Below, in pieces: positions 40,873 to 52,541 of a stretch of 64,000 bases of DNA. Location of the stretch: contig CAXSHL010000010.1 in NCBI GenBank assembly GCA_964237315.1, positions 10,556 through 74,555 of the forward strand, read 5' to 3'. The translations under genes were made by a program, and so were the position numbers. How positions within the stretch are numbered: position 1 is the stretch's first letter; the number at the start of each line of letters is the position of its first letter. This DNA comes from an uncultured Nocardioidaceae bacterium (GTDB lineage Bacteria > Actinomycetota > Actinomycetes > Propionibacteriales > Nocardioidaceae). A model generated the notes under the pieces. That model did no database searches. It was not told the origin of the DNA and worked only from the letters and a program-made list of their open reading frames with translations.

Positions 40873-42138
40873 ATGCAGACAGGATCCGGGCGTCGGCAGG
40901 GCCGCTGGCGCTCGGTGCTCACCGACACCCGTCCGCTGCAGGTGTCGCCCGCCTTCCGTCGGCTGTTCTTCGGCAGCACCGTGTCGCAGCTGGGCCAGCA
41001 GATGACCAACGTCGCCGTCGCCATCCAGGTCTACGCCCTCACCGGGTCGTCGTTCTACGTCGGGCTCGTCGGGGTGTTCGCGCTCGTCCCGCTCGTCGCG
41101 CTGGGGCTCTACGGCGGCGCGATCGCCGACGCGGTCGACCGCCGTACCCTCGCCCTCGTCGCCAGCGCCGGGCTCTGGGCGGTCTCCATGGCGCTGGCCG
41201 TGCAGGCGTTCGCGGGCAACCGCTCGGTGTGGGTGCTCTACGCGTGCATCGCCGTCCAGTCGGGCTTCTACGCCATCAACAACCCGGCACGGAGCGCGAT
41301 GATGCCGCGGCTGCTGGACAAGGAGCTGATCCCGGCCGCGTCGGCGCTGAACATGGCCTCGTTCAACCTGGGCTTCACCTTCGGCCCGGTGATCGGCGCG
41401 CTGGCCATCACCTGGCACGGCTACGGCGCGGCGTACACCATCGACGTGGTCACCTTCGCCGCCGCCTACTACGCGCTGGTCCGACTGCCCCGGATGCCGC
41501 CGATGGACAACAGCCCACGTGCGGGCCTCAGGTCGGTGGTCGACGGGCTGAAGTTCCTGCGGCACTCGGGGAACCTGCGGATGACGTTCGTCGTCGACCT
41601 GTGCGCGATGGTGCTGGCCCAGCCTCGGGCGCTGTTCCCGGCGCTCGCCTACAAGGTGTACGGCGGCGGCGCCGGCGTCGTCGGTGTCCTCCAGGCCGCG
41701 CCCGCAGCGGGGGCGGTGATCGCGTTCCTGTTCTCGGGATGGGTGAGCAAGGTCCGCCTGCAGGGACTGGCGATCGTGATCTCCGTGGTCGTCTACGGGG
41801 CAGCGGTCGGCGGCGTCGGTCTCACCGACATCCTCTGGGTCGGGGTGGTCTTCCTGGCGATCTCGGGGATGGCAGACATGGTCAGCGCCGCCTACCGCTC
41901 CACGATGCTGCAGGTCGCGGCGCCGGACCAGATGCGCGGCCGGCTGCAGGGAGTCTTCATCGTCGTGGTCGCCGGCGGACCGCGTGCCGGTGACTTCCTG
42001 GCCGGGTCGGTGGCCAGCACCATCGGCGAGCGGCTCGCCCTGCTGCTCGGCGGTCTCGCCTGCGTGGTCGGCGTGCTCAGCGCCAGCGCGCTGTCCCGGC
42101 GGTTCCTCGAGTACGACGCCCGGCACCCGACCGCCTGA
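40873..42138 (+). CDS. MFS transporter (EntS-like)
   Basis: DTRPLQ..PAFRRL, GGAIADAVDRR, DLCAMVLAQPRALFP, RGRLQGVF. Confidence 0.9.
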   Translation: MQTGSGRRQGRWRSVLTDTRPLQVSPAFRRLFFGSTVSQLGQQMTNVAVAIQVYALTGSSFYVGLVGVFALVPLVALGLYGGAIADAVDRRTLALVASAGLWAVSMALAVQAFAGNRSVWVLYACIAVQSGFYAINNPARSAMMPRLLDKELIPAASALNMASFNLGFTFGPVIGALAITWHGYGAAYTIDVVTFAAAYYALVRLPRMPPMDNSPRAGLRSVVDGLKFLRHSGNLRMTFVVDLCAMVLAQPRALFPALAYKVYGGGAGVVGVLQAAPAAGAVIAFLFSGWVSKVRLQGLAIVISVVVYGAAVGGVGLTDILWVGVVFLAISGMADMVSAAYRSTMLQVAAPDQMRGRLQGVFIVVVAGGPRAGDFLAGSVASTIGERLALLLGGLACVVGVLSASALSRRFLEYDARHPTA

Positions 42139-42201
42139 GAGCGGCTGAGAACGCCTGACCCGCCCACGTGGGCGGCGTCACGGGAATTTCGGCCGCAAAA
42201 G

Positions 42202-42224
42202 GATGGTTGCAGCACGCAAGCATC
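42202..42224. promoter_or_regulatory. Inverted-repeat operator upstream of the DHA2 MFS gene
   Basis: GATGGTTGC-N5-GCAAGCATC (one mismatch). Confidence 0.55.
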
Positions 42225-42270
42225 GGGTACCCTGAGGGGGCACCCGACGAACTCCAGGAACTCCGAGGCC

Positions 42271-44004
42271 ATGACTCAGACTGCACACTCCTCCGGCAAG
42301 CACCTCGCATCCGGTCGGCACGCCGCCCGGGTGCCCGCCGACTCCCCGACCACCAGTCGCGGCGGCCGGCACGCCGCCGCCTCGACGCCGGTCCCGGCAG
42401 CGACCGCCGCGCAGGCGCCGAGCCCGGCCCCGCGCGAGCAGCACGAGGTCACCGGGCCCGGCCAGATGTCGCACCGGCAGATCCTCGAGGCACTGTCCGG
42501 GCTGCTGCTCGGCCTCTTCGTGGCGATGCTGTCCTCGACGGTGGTCACCAACGCGCTGCCGCGGATCGTGGCGGACCTCAACGGCAGCGAGTCGGGTTAC
42601 ACCTGGGTCGTCGTCGCGACGCTGCTCACCATGACCGCCTCGACACCGATCTGGGGCAAGCTGTCGGACCTGTTCAGCAAGAAGATGCTGGTGCAGACCG
42701 CCCTGGTCGTCTACTCCCTCGGCTCGCTCGCAGCCGCTGTCTCCCCGAACATGGGGACCCTGATCGCCTCCCGCGCCGTGCAGGGACTCGGTGTCGGTGG
42801 CCTGACCGCCCTGGTGCAGGTCGTGATCGCCTCGATCGTCTCGCCGCGTGAGCGCGGTCGCTACTCGGGCTACATCGGTGCGGTCTTCGCGCTGGCGACC
42901 GTCAGCGGGCCGCTCATCGGCGGCGTGATCGTGGACTCGTCCTTCGGCTGGCGCGGCTGCTTCTTCGTCGGGCTGCCGATCGCCGCACTCGCCTTCGTCG
43001 TGCTGCAGAAGACCCTGCACATCAAGACGGTCAAGCGCGAGGTGAACATCGACTACCTCGGTGCCGCACTGATCACCGGTGGCGTCTCGACGCTGCTGAT
43101 CTGGGTCTCCCTGGCCGGCAACAACTTCGGCTGGGGCTCCTTCACCAGCGCGGGGATGATCGTCCTCGGCGTGCTGCTGCTCGCCGCCGCCGTCGCCGTC
43201 GAGATGCGTGCGGTCGAGCCGATCATCCCGCTGCGCCTGTTCCGCGACCGGACGACCAGCCTGGCCACCTTCGCCTCGGTGATGATCGGCATCGCGATGT
43301 TCGGCTCGACGGTCTACCTCTCCCAGTACTTCCAGATCGCCAAGGGCATGACCCCCACGCACGCCGGCCTGATGTCGGTCGCGATGGTGGGTGGCCTGGT
43401 GGTCTCGAGCCTGGTCATCGGCCGGATCATCAGCGCCACCGGTCGCTGGAAGCGCTACCTGGTGGGCGGAATGGTGCTCACCCTGGTGGGGCTGTTCCTG
43501 CTCGGGTCCATCGACAACACCACCAGCCTCGTCCGGGTGGGCCTGTTCATGGGCGTCCTCGGCCTCGGCCTGGGTGCGACGATGCAGAACCTGGTGCTGG
43601 CCGTGCAGAACAACACGGCGCAGAAGGACATGGGCGCCGCCAGCTCGGTCGTCGCGTTCTTCCGCTCCATGGGCGGCTCGATCGGCGTGTCCGTCCTGGG
43701 CGCCGTGCTCAGCCACCACGTCACCGCCGACGTCACCTCCGGGCTGGCCAGGCTCGGCGTGCGCGCCTCCTCCGCCTCCGGGTCGAGCGGCATCCCGGAC
43801 ATGTCCACGCTTCCGGCACCGGTGCGCGCTGTCTTCGAGGCGGCCTACGGCCAGGGCATCGGCACCATCTTCATGATCGCGGCGCCCTGCGCGCTGGTCG
43901 CGCTGGTCGCCGTGCTGTTCATCCGCGAGGTCCCGCTGCGCACCACGATCGAGCGTCCGGACGAGGTGGCCGAGGTCGCCGCGGAGCCGGTCACCGTTCG
44001 CTGA
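42271..44004 (+). CDS. DHA2 (14-TM) multidrug MFS efflux protein
   Basis: WGKLSDLFSKK, SRAVQGLG, PRERGRYSG, GPLIGG, EPIIPLRLF. Confidence 0.92.
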   Translation: MTQTAHSSGKHLASGRHAARVPADSPTTSRGGRHAAASTPVPAATAAQAPSPAPREQHEVTGPGQMSHRQILEALSGLLLGLFVAMLSSTVVTNALPRIVADLNGSESGYTWVVVATLLTMTASTPIWGKLSDLFSKKMLVQTALVVYSLGSLAAAVSPNMGTLIASRAVQGLGVGGLTALVQVVIASIVSPRERGRYSGYIGAVFALATVSGPLIGGVIVDSSFGWRGCFFVGLPIAALAFVVLQKTLHIKTVKREVNIDYLGAALITGGVSTLLIWVSLAGNNFGWGSFTSAGMIVLGVLLLAAAVAVEMRAVEPIIPLRLFRDRTTSLATFASVMIGIAMFGSTVYLSQYFQIAKGMTPTHAGLMSVAMVGGLVVSSLVIGRIISATGRWKRYLVGGMVLTLVGLFLLGSIDNTTSLVRVGLFMGVLGLGLGATMQNLVLAVQNNTAQKDMGAASSVVAFFRSMGGSIGVSVLGAVLSHHVTADVTSGLARLGVRASSASGSSGIPDMSTLPAPVRAVFEAAYGQGIGTIFMIAAPCALVALVAVLFIREVPLRTTIERPDEVAEVAAEPVTVR

Positions 44005-44020
44005 CCCCCGGACGACAGAC

Positions 44021-44051
44021 CCGCCCCGGCCATCACGGCCGGGGCGGTTCT
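44021..44051 (+). terminator. Intrinsic terminator hairpin
   Basis: CCGCCCCGGCC-ATCAC-GGCCGGGGCGG-TTCT after the stop codon. Confidence 0.7.
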
Positions 44052-44172
44052 GCGTCACCGGCGAACGACCCGTCGGACGGGCACTCGCGCCGGTCAGGAG
44101 CCTCTCCTCCGCCTGGGGACCGGCCGGACGCTGCTCGAGTGCACGTCCGAGTGGTCGTCGGTTCGGGCGATG

Positions 44173-45477
44173 TCAGGCGTCCGGCTCCACCAGGACGTCC
44201 GGCTCGGGCGTCCGGACGGGATCGTCCGCCCGCCGCTGGGACGGAACGCGTGCCTCCACGGCCCCGGCGCTGCGTCGTCCCAGTGCGGCGACGGTCGCCA
44301 TGGAAGCCGCCGCCAGGAACAGCACCACGCCCCGGGGCCCGAGCGCCGAGGACAGCCAGGGGGCCAGCAGCGACCCGGCGAGGCCTGCCCCGACCATCAC
44401 GCTGTCGGTCAGACCGAGGGCGCCGGCGCGCTGCGAGTCCGGCACGGCGTCCTGGATCGCCTCGGTGACCGCGCCCTCGACGTGCACGGTCGCGGCACCT
44501 GCGAGGACGAGCGGCAGCGCGGCCCAGCCCACGGCCGGGGTCAGCGGCACGGCGACCAGCGAGCCGCCGAGGAGGAGCAGGCCCCACCGGGCCCGGCCGC
44601 GCGCCGAGGAGCCGAGCCGCCACAGCAGCGGCGCGCCCACCGCGCCGAACCCCAGCAGCCCCGTGGCCAGGCCGTACCCCGAGTCGCCCGCATGCCACAG
44701 CTGCGCACTCACCGGCAGCAGCGCGAGGAGCAGCACGGCGTCCACCGCGTTCAGCAGACCGGCCACCCCGATCGCCCGGCTGGCCGACGAGGATGCCCGC
44801 AGGGTCGCGCCGATGCCGGTGCGAGCCTGTTCCGGCGCCGGCTCACCTGGAGCGTCGGCAGCATCCAAGGCCGGCTGGTCCGGCGCCGGCCGGGGCAGGA
44901 CCACACCGGGGATGGCCGCGAGGGCGAGCAGCGTCAGCAGGACACCGATGACCGGCGACCACGACCGGGTGGGTGCCGCGAGCAGCAGCCCGCCGATCGC
45001 CGGACCCACCACGAACGAGGCGACCTCGATGGTGACCAGCAGGTCGGTGGCCCGCCGGCGTCCCGGTCCCGCCGCGCCCGGCATCGCGGCAGCGAGCGCG
45101 GGGTAGGCGGGCGTGCCGCACGCGACGGCCAGGGCGGCGGCGAGGACCGCGACCAGCAACCAGCCCTGCGCCACCGCCACCGCGACGGTCGCCAGCAGCG
45201 CGACCCGCGCGGCGAGCGTCACCCGGACCAGCCGGTCGCGCCGGAACCGGTCGGCGAGCATCCCGGTCGCCCAGGACAGCAGGACGTAGGGAAGCATCCG
45301 CGCGGCGGCGGTGAGCCCCAGCATCAGGTCGCCGTGCGACCCCTGCCCGGTGCGGTCCCACACCAGCACCAGCAGGAGCGGCCAGGGCAGGGACATCCCC
45401 ACCGATGCGAGCGCGTGGCTGACCAGCAGCCGGCGCACCGGCCCCGGGACCTGCCGGGACGTCACAGCGACGGGCAT
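44173..45477 (-). CDS. MFS transporter
   Basis: GMLADRFRRD, multiple TM segments; start overlaps the decarboxylase stop. Confidence 0.85.
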   Translation of the reverse strand: MPVAVTSRQVPGPVRRLLVSHALASVGMSLPWPLLLVLVWDRTGQGSHGDLMLGLTAAARMLPYVLLSWATGMLADRFRRDRLVRVTLAARVALLATVAVAVAQGWLLVAVLAAALAVACGTPAYPALAAAMPGAAGPGRRRATDLLVTIEVASFVVGPAIGGLLLAAPTRSWSPVIGVLLTLLALAAIPGVVLPRPAPDQPALDAADAPGEPAPEQARTGIGATLRASSSASRAIGVAGLLNAVDAVLLLALLPVSAQLWHAGDSGYGLATGLLGFGAVGAPLLWRLGSSARGRARWGLLLLGGSLVAVPLTPAVGWAALPLVLAGAATVHVEGAVTEAIQDAVPDSQRAGALGLTDSVMVGAGLAGSLLAPWLSSALGPRGVVLFLAAASMATVAALGRRSAGAVEARVPSQRRADDPVRTPEPDVLVEPDA

Positions 45478-46643
45478 CACACGAGGCGGGTGGGCAGGGG
45501 GGCGAACCCGTTGAACCCCACGGTGGAGTAGCAGGTGGTGTAGGCGCCGGTGGACAGCAGCCGCAGGGTGTCGCCCTCGCCGAGCGCCAGGGGGAGGTGC
45601 ACCGGAGTCTTCTCGTACAGCACGTCGGCGCTGTCGCAGGTCGGTCCGGCGAGCACGCACGGACCCGTGGGGCCGCCGTCGACGCTGGTGCGGATCGGGT
45701 AGCGGATCGCCTCGTCGAGGGTCTCGACCAGGCCGGTGAAGACCCCGGCGTCCAGGAACACCCAACGCGTCGCGCCGCGTCGTACGACCGCGATGACCGT
45801 GGTCACCAGGGTCCCGGCGTCGGCGACCACCCCCCGGCCGGGCTCCACCAGGAGGCCCGGACGGTTGTCGCCGAAGTGCCTCTGCAGGCTTCGCTCGATC
45901 GCTGCGCCGTAGCTCGGCAGCGGCGGGCAGTCGCCCTCCAGGTGGGCCGGGAACCCGCCGCCGAGATCGAGCAGGAACCGGGAGCGGTCCTCGACCCCGA
46001 GCGCGGCGAGGATCCCCGCGGCAGCGCCGATCGGAGCGTCCCACGCCCGAGGATCGCGCTGCTGGGAGCCGACGTGGAAGGAGATGCCCGCCGCGTCGAG
46101 CCCCGCGGTCGCAGCGGAGCGGAGCAGGTGCGCGGCATCGCGGGGCGAGCAGCCGTACTTGCGCGACAGCGACCAGTCCGAGCCCTCGCCCGAGGTGTGG
46201 ATCCGGCACAGCACCCCCGAGCCGGGAGCGACCGCCGCCACCTTCTGGACCTCCTCGACGGAGTCCACCGCGAACAGTCGGACGCCGCGGTGCCAGGCCA
46301 GCGCGATGTCCGTGCGGCGCTTGATGGGGTTGGAGTAGACCAGCTCGGCGGGATCGGCTCCCGCGTCGAGCGCTGCGCCCACCTCGGCCGGGCTGGCCAC
46401 GTCGAAGCGACACCCTGCTCCGGCGAGCGCCGCGAGCAGCTCGGGCTGCGGGTTGGCCTTGACCGCGTAGTGGACCGCGGCGCCGGGCACCGTGGCGGCC
46501 AGCCGCCGGAAGCGGGTCACGGCCAGCGCCACGTCGAGGTCGAGGTACGGCGTGTGGCCGGCGGACTGTCCGGCCTCACGAGCAGGCGCCACGGACGACC
46601 GCTGGAGCGGGACCGGCGACATCGGGTCGAGCAGGGAGGGCAT
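45477..46643 (-). CDS. Fold-type III PLP-dependent ornithine/lysine decarboxylase
   Basis: [40 protein letters not shown]...FNGF. Confidence 0.93.
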   Translation of the reverse strand: MPSLLDPMSPVPLQRSSVAPAREAGQSAGHTPYLDLDVALAVTRFRRLAATVPGAAVHYAVKANPQPELLAALAGAGCRFDVASPAEVGAALDAGADPAELVYSNPIKRRTDIALAWHRGVRLFAVDSVEEVQKVAAVAPGSGVLCRIHTSGEGSDWSLSRKYGCSPRDAAHLLRSAATAGLDAAGISFHVGSQQRDPRAWDAPIGAAAGILAALGVEDRSRFLLDLGGGFPAHLEGDCPPLPSYGAAIERSLQRHFGDNRPGLLVEPGRGVVADAGTLVTTVIAVVRRGATRWVFLDAGVFTGLVETLDEAIRYPIRTSVDGGPTGPCVLAGPTCDSADVLYEKTPVHLPLALGEGDTLRLLSTGAYTTCYSTVGFNGFAPLPTRLV

Positions 46644-46867
46644 CGGGACGTCCTGACGTGCGGCGAGATGCCGTCTCGCGGGTAGACGGCCCGGTCACCG
46701 ACTCAGGAGCAGGCGAGCGGTCGCGTGATACGCCCCGAAGAACCCGTCCCCACCCTGAGAGGTATAGATTCCGAGACTGCTCCCCGGCAGCCGTCAGCAC
46801 AAGTCAAATTTCCGGCGGGCCGGCCGAAGCCCACCCACGCTGCCACGGCGCGCGACGCGGGTGGGAG

Positions 46868-48421
46868 CTACCGGGTGCGGAACCAGGCCGCCGTGTCCGG
46901 CGCCAGGAGTCCGCCGGCGGGCTCCGGGCCACTGCTGAGCACCAGCTCGCCGGCCACGTCGGGAAGCCGGGCGTCCCGGTTGCCGCAGTTGACCACGCAC
47001 ACCAGGTCGCCGCGGCGCACCGCGAAGGTGTCCGTCGCCGAGGCCAGCACCTCGACGTGGTCGGGAAGCCCGGCGACCACCTCCCGGCGCACCCGCAGCA
47101 TCCGCCGGAAGAATCCCAGCGTCGAGGCCGGGTCGGCGAGCTGCGCCTCCACGGTGAGGTGCGCCCATCCGGTCGGCATCGGCAGCCAGGGACGGGCGTC
47201 GCCCGCGCTGAACCCGTACGGCGAGGAGTCGCCGGACCACGGGACCGGCACCCGGCAGCCGTCGCGGCCCTCGCGCCCGCCGCGGTGGAAGGCCGGGTCC
47301 TGCCGGTCCTCGGGTGGCACGTCCACCTGCTCGAGACCGAGCTCCTCGCCCTGGTAGACGTAGGCGGACCCGGGCAGCGCCATCATGGTCAGCGCAGCGG
47401 CCCGCGCCCGCGCCACGCCGGTCGGGCCGCCGCCGTAGCGGGTCGTCTCCCGGACCACGTCGTGGTTCGACAGCACCCAGGTCGGCGTACCGTCCACGAG
47501 CCCGACCGCCTCGAAGGTGTCCACGACGACGTCGCGGAACGCTGCCGCCGACCAGTCGGCCTGCAGCCACTCGAAGTTGAACGTCTGCTGCAGCTCGTCG
47601 GAGCGGATGTAGCGCGCCATCGCCTCCGCGCTGCCCGCCCACGCCTCGGCGACGGCCATCCGGTCGCCGTCGTAGGACTCCAGCACCTTGCGCCAGCGGC
47701 GGTAGACCTCGTGCACCTCCGGCTGGTCCCACATCGGGTGCGGCGGCTTGTCGCCGGGCTCGCTGGGGGTGAGGTCGAGCGGCTTGTAGAGGCCGTGGGC
47801 GACGTCCACGCGGAAGCCGTCCACGCCGCGGTCCAGCCAGAACCGCAGGATCGACTCGAACTCGTCGCCGACCTCGGGGTTCCACCAGTTCAGGTCGGGC
47901 TGGCTGGAGTCGAAGAGGTGGAGGTACCACTGGCCGTCCGGGAGCCGGGTCCACGCCGGGCCGCCGAACATCGACTGCCAGTTGTTCGGCGGCAGGTCAC
48001 CGTCCGGGCCGAGACCGTCGCGGAACACGTAGCGCTCGCGCAGCGGGTCACCGGGCTCGGCCGCCAGCGCCTCGCGGAACCACGGGTGCTCGCTCGAGGT
48101 GTGGTTGGGTACGACGTCCACGATCACCTTCACGCCCAGGGCGTGGGCCGTCGCGAGCATCGAGTCGAAGTCGTCGAGCGTGCCGAACAGCGGGTCGACG
48201 TCACGGTAGTCCGACACGTCGTAGCCGTGGTCGTGCTGCGGCGAGGGGTAGAACGGCGTGATCCACACCGCGTCCACGCCGAGGTCCGCGAGGTAGGGCA
48301 GCCGCTGCTCGATCCCCGGCAGGTCGCCGACGCCGTTCCCGTCCGCGTCGGCGAAGCTGCGGACGTAGATCTGGTAGCAGACGGCGTGCCGCCACCACGG
48401 GCCCGAAGAATGGATTTGCAC
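46868..48421 (-). CDS. GH13 alpha-glucosidase
   Basis: [41 protein letters not shown]. Confidence 0.93.
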   Translation of the reverse strand: MQIHSSGPWWRHAVCYQIYVRSFADADGNGVGDLPGIEQRLPYLADLGVDAVWITPFYPSPQHDHGYDVSDYRDVDPLFGTLDDFDSMLATAHALGVKVIVDVVPNHTSSEHPWFREALAAEPGDPLRERYVFRDGLGPDGDLPPNNWQSMFGGPAWTRLPDGQWYLHLFDSSQPDLNWWNPEVGDEFESILRFWLDRGVDGFRVDVAHGLYKPLDLTPSEPGDKPPHPMWDQPEVHEVYRRWRKVLESYDGDRMAVAEAWAGSAEAMARYIRSDELQQTFNFEWLQADWSAAAFRDVVVDTFEAVGLVDGTPTWVLSNHDVVRETTRYGGGPTGVARARAAALTMMALPGSAYVYQGEELGLEQVDVPPEDRQDPAFHRGGREGRDGCRVPVPWSGDSSPYGFSAGDARPWLPMPTGWAHLTVEAQLADPASTLGFFRRMLRVRREVVAGLPDHVEVLASATDTFAVRRGDLVCVVNCGNRDARLPDVAGELVLSSGPEPAGGLLAPDTAAWFRTR

Positions 48422-48487
48422 GTTCCAATCTCACGGCAGCGCGCAACCCGCTGTCAAACGCGGGGACCTCGCCGGACGGGTGGCCGG

Positions 48488-50059
48488 TCAGGAGATCGCG
48501 GCACCGACCACCAGGAAGGCCGTGCACAGCACCAGCAGCCCGACCAGCAGCGGCGCGACGAACCGGAGGAACTCGTCGTAGCGGACCTTGGCCAGCGCCA
48601 GGCCGCCCATCACCACCGCCGACGTCGGCGTGATCAGGTTGACCACCCCGGAGGCGGACTGGAAGGCCGTCACCACCATCGAGCGCGGGACGCCCGCGAA
48701 GTCCGCGAGCGGCGCCAGGATCGGCATCGCCAGTGCCGCGTGACCGGAGGTGGAGGGCACCAGGAACGCCAGCGGCAGGTTGACCGCGAACATCAGCGCG
48801 CCGAAGACGCCGGAGGAGGTGTGGGCGACCAGGCTCTCCATGGAGTGCAGGACGGTCCCGGTGATCTCGGAGTTGTTCATGATCACCGTCACTCCGCGGG
48901 CCAGCACGATGACCAGCCCCACGCCGACGAAGTCCCCTGCTCCGCGCACGACGGTGTCGGTCAGCCGCTTCTCCCCGAGCCCGCCGATCAGTCCGACCAC
49001 GACCGACATCACCACGAACAGCATCGCCAGCTCGGGGAAGTACCAGTCCAGCTGCCAGGGGTAGCTGGCGGCCGACGGTCCCTCGATGACCTGGGCCCAC
49101 GGCACGATGGCGAAGATCAGCATCGCGAAGGTCAGCCCGACCACCACGAGGACGAGCCGCTGCCGCCGGGTCAGGGTGGGCACCGTGCCGAGGCCGCGCG
49201 AGGCCAGCTCCGCGTCCTCGTCCTGGACGGTGACCAGGGACCGGGTCGGGTCGGTCCTGACCCGGTGGGCGTAGCGGAGCACGAACAGCACCGCACCGGC
49301 GGTCAGCACGACGTACATCAGGAATCGGAACCCGAGCCCGGCACCGATCGACACCCCGGCCGCGTCCGAGGCGACCCCGGTCGCGAACGGGTTCACCGTC
49401 GAGGCCAGCACGCCGACGCCGGCGCCCACGTGGATGGTCGCCAGCGCCACCATCCGGTCGTAGCCGAGGCTCAGCATCAGCGGCACGACCAGGGCGTAGA
49501 AGCCCAGCGTCTCCTCGGCCATCCCCTCGGCAGTGCCACCCACGGAGAACACCAGCATCAGGATCACGATCACCAGAGCACCGCGGTCCCGCAGCCGGTG
49601 CGCCACCCTGGCGACCCCGGTGTCGATGGCGCCGGTGCTCATGGAGACCGTGATGAAGATGCCGATCGCGATCACGAACAGGAACACGCCGGCGGCGCCG
49701 AACAGCTCGCCGCTCTCGTTCGGCCCGATGAACCCCGAGGAGGACTGCACGCCGTACAGCCCGTTCACCGGCGCCAGGAACAGCTGCATCAGCCGGTCCA
49801 CGAAGCTCAGCCCGGTGGGTACGGCGTGGTAGCTACCCGGGACCGCGCGGCCGGTGTCGCCGTCCAGCCGGTAGGCGCCGGTGGGGATCACGAACGTCAG
49901 CAGCCACACGCCGACGGTGACCCCGACGAGCACCGTCAAGGCGGAGGGGAACCGGAACCGCGTGGAGGGCTCGGCCGATCCGGTGCCGGCCGATCCGGTG
50001 CGGGCCGATCCAGAGCTGGCCGATCCAGAGCTGGGCGGGCTGGCGGGGTCGGGTGTCAT
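48488..50059 (-). CDS. YfcC/DcuC-family transporter (possible basic amino-acid antiporter)
   Basis: [39 protein letters not shown]. Confidence 0.88.
   Translation of the reverse strand: MTPDPASPPSSGSASSGSARTGSAGTGSAEPSTRFRFPSALTVLVGVTVGVWLLTFVIPTGAYRLDGDTGRAVPGSYHAVPTGLSFVDRLMQLFLAPVNGLYGVQSSSGFIGPNESGELFGAAGVFLFVIAIGIFITVSMSTGAIDTGVARVAHRLRDRGALVIVILMLVFSVGGTAEGMAEETLGFYALVVPLMLSLGYDRMVALATIHVGAGVGVLASTVNPFATGVASDAAGVSIGAGLGFRFLMYVVLTAGAVLFVLRYAHRVRTDPTRSLVTVQDEDAELASRGLGTVPTLTRRQRLVLVVVGLTFAMLIFAIVPWAQVIEGPSAASYPWQLDWYFPELAMLFVVMSVVVGLIGGLGEKRLTDTVVRGAGDFVGVGLVIVLARGVTVIMNNSEITGTVLHSMESLVAHTSSGVFGALMFAVNLPLAFLVPSTSGHAALAMPILAPLADFAGVPRSMVVTAFQSASGVVNLITPTSAVVMGGLALAKVRYDEFLRFVAPLLVGLLVLCTAFLVVGAAIS
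49973..50032. repeat. In-frame 15-bp tandem repeat (4 units) in the YfcC N-terminus
   Basis: GGCCGATCC(GGTGCC/GGTGCG/AGAGCT/AGAGCT), encoding xxGSA repeats. Confidence 0.8.
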
Positions 50060-50125
50060 GGCGCCTCCTCGCGCGGCAACCTACCGCCGGCAGGAGGTGC
50101 TGGTCAGGGGCCGGTCAGCAGCCGG

Positions 50126-51493
50126 TCAGGACCGGACGGCCTCGTAGCGGCGCAGCGCCTCGGCCCGCTCGGCCTTGTGGTCCACGATCGGCGCCGGGTA
50201 GCCCTCCGGCTGACCCTCCGGCCTCGCCCATGGCTGGTGCACGAACTTCAGCTCGACGTCGGCGAGCTCCGGCACCCACCGCCGGATGTAGCGGCCCTCG
50301 GGGTCGAACTTCTCGCCCTGCATGACCGGGTTGAAGATCCGGAAGTACGGCGCCGCGTCGGTGCCGCAGCCTGCCGTCCACTGCCAGCCGTGCTGGTTCG
50401 ACGGCAGGTCGCCGTCGACGAGCCAGTGCATGAAGTGCCGCGCGCCGTGCTGCCACTCGATGTGCAGGTCCTTGATCAGGAAGCTGGCCACGATCATCCG
50501 CACCCGGTTGTGCATCCAGCCGATGCCCCGCAGCTGCCGCATCCCGGCGTCCACGACGGGGAAGCCCGTGCGGCCCTCGCACCATGCCTGGAACCGCTCG
50601 CCCGGCTCGTCGTACTGCATGTGGGCGAACTCCTCGCGGAGGTAGTCGCGCGCGGTCCGCGGCTGCTGGAACAGCACGTCGGCGTAGAACTCGCGCCAGG
50701 CCAGCTCCTTGCGGTAGGTCGCGGCGGCCTTGGTCGGGCGGTCTCGCAGCTCCGCGAGGAGGGTGCGCGGGTGGATCTCGCCCCACTTCAGCCGCACCGA
50801 CATGTGACTGGTGGCATCGAGGTCCGGGCGGTCGCGCTGCCGGTCGTAGTCGCCCAGCCGCTCGTCGACGTAGTCGCGCCACGCCTCGCGGGCCGCCTCC
50901 TCCCCGGCCTCCGGCAGCTGCAGCCCGGTCGGCAGCTCGGGGTCGGGGATCTCCACGCGGTCGCGCAGCGAGAGCCAGGTGACGTCCTGGGGCGCCTCGA
51001 CGGGGTCCCGCCAGCCGTGCTCCAGCCAGCTCCGAGAGAAGGGGGTGAACACCTGGAACGGTCGGCCGGAGCCGTTCTTCACCCGGTCCGGGGCCACGGC
51101 GTACGGCGACCCGGTCCGCACCAGCTCGATGCCCGCCTCGCCCAGGGACTGCTCGACGTCGAGGTCGCGCTGCCGGCCGTAGGGACCGTAGTCGGCCGCG
51201 ACGTGCACGCGGCTCGCGCCCACCTCGCGGGCGGCGGCGAGCACCTCGCGCACCGGGTCGCCCTCGCGGACCGACAGCCCGTCGCCGTGCTCGCGCAGGG
51301 TCGTGTCGAGGGCGGCGAGGGAGCGGGAGAGGTACCAGCGTCGGGAGACCCCGGCCGGGCCCCACAGCGCCGGGTCGAGCACGAACAGGGGCAGCACCCC
51401 GCCGTCGTCGGCTGTGCTGCAGGCGTCGAGCAGGGCGGGGTTGTCCGCGAGACGGAGGTCGCGGCGGAACCACATCACGGCATTTGTCGTCAC
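50126..51493 (-). CDS. phrB: Class I CPD DNA photolyase
   Basis: [60 protein letters not shown]. Confidence 0.93.
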   Translation of the reverse strand: MTTNAVMWFRRDLRLADNPALLDACSTADDGGVLPLFVLDPALWGPAGVSRRWYLSRSLAALDTTLREHGDGLSVREGDPVREVLAAAREVGASRVHVAADYGPYGRQRDLDVEQSLGEAGIELVRTGSPYAVAPDRVKNGSGRPFQVFTPFSRSWLEHGWRDPVEAPQDVTWLSLRDRVEIPDPELPTGLQLPEAGEEAAREAWRDYVDERLGDYDRQRDRPDLDATSHMSVRLKWGEIHPRTLLAELRDRPTKAAATYRKELAWREFYADVLFQQPRTARDYLREEFAHMQYDEPGERFQAWCEGRTGFPVVDAGMRQLRGIGWMHNRVRMIVASFLIKDLHIEWQHGARHFMHWLVDGDLPSNQHGWQWTAGCGTDAAPYFRIFNPVMQGEKFDPEGRYIRRWVPELADVELKFVHQPWARPEGQPEGYPAPIVDHKAERAEALRRYEAVRS

Positions 51494-51553
51494 CCTGGCT
51501 ACTTTGCCAGCCGACGCCGACAGTCCCCAGGACGCGTAGGACAGAATGGTCCT

Positions 51554-52243
51554 GTGAGCGACCTGATCGACACCACCGAGATGTACCTCCGGACCGTCTA
51601 TGAGCTGGTCGAGGAGGGCATCGTCCCGCTGCGTGCCCGCATCGCCGAGCGGCTGCACCAGAGCGGGCCGACGGTCAGCCAGACGGTCGCCCGGATGGAG
51701 CGCGACGGGCTCCTCACCGTCGAGGGCGACCGGCACCTGCAGCTCTCCGAGGAGGGCAACCGGCTCGCCGTGCGCGTGATGCGCAAGCACCGCCTCGCCG
51801 AGCGCCTCCTGACCGACGTGATCGGCCTGGAGTGGGAGCACGTCCACGCTGAGGCCTGCCGGTGGGAGCACGTGATGTCCGAGACGGTCGAGCGGCGCCT
51901 CGTGGAGCTGCTCGGCCACCCGACGGAGTCGCCCTACGGCAACCCCATCCCCGGCCTGTCCGAGCTCGGCGAGGTGAACGCCGTCGACCACGACGCCACC
52001 GACGCCGAGCCCCTCGACGTGGTCGCCCGGGTCGCCGGGGACCACCGGGTGCTGGTGCGCAGGATCGGCGAGGAGATGCAGAAGGACGAGCTCGTGATGG
52101 CCGCCCTGCGCCGGGTGGGGGCCCTGCCGGACAAGGTGGTCACCGTCGCCGCAGGTGCGGGAGGGGTGCTCGTCGGCAGTGGCGGGGAGACCGCGGAGAT
52201 CGACCTCGAGCTCGCCTCGCACCTGTTCGTGCACCGCCTCTAG
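51554..52243 (+). CDS. ideR: DtxR/IdeR metal-dependent repressor
   Basis: [34 protein letters not shown]. Confidence 0.93.
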   Translation: MSDLIDTTEMYLRTVYELVEEGIVPLRARIAERLHQSGPTVSQTVARMERDGLLTVEGDRHLQLSEEGNRLAVRVMRKHRLAERLLTDVIGLEWEHVHAEACRWEHVMSETVERRLVELLGHPTESPYGNPIPGLSELGEVNAVDHDATDAEPLDVVARVAGDHRVLVRRIGEEMQKDELVMAALRRVGALPDKVVTVAAGAGGVLVGSGGETAEIDLELASHLFVHRL

Positions 52244-52258
52244 CCCGTCGCCGCGGCT

Positions 52259-52374
52259 GATTACCAGGGGATGCAGGAAGTTGAGCGCTTCCCATGGGCC
52301 ATGACCCATGGGAAGCGCCAGATTGCCATGGGAACCTTCAGGGTGGGCGTCAAACGTCCTGCATCCCCTGGTAA
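52259..52374. repeat. Short copy of the 40228 inverted-repeat element
   Basis: GATTACCAGGGGATGCAGGA...CCCATGGG... closing with AAACGTCCTGCATCCCCTGGTAA. Confidence 0.8.
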
Positions 52375-52541
52375 ACCGCCACGGTGCCCGATGGCCCAGG
52401 CCGAAGCCCGCTCGCCGAGCCGCAACCTCGCCCGGGCGAGGTTGTCGTCGCCCGATCGCTGGAACGGGAGCGCCAACGTCGCCTGTGCGTAGTTGTCGCA
52501 CTCAGCTCACTCCGCGCTCCCAGCGCCAGGACCACGCGCCA

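Noticed and set aside
46658-52243. 1861-aa plus-strand ORF
   Set aside because: Antisense shadow of the glucosidase, YfcC and photolyase genes in high-GC DNA; only the last 229 codons (IdeR) are real.
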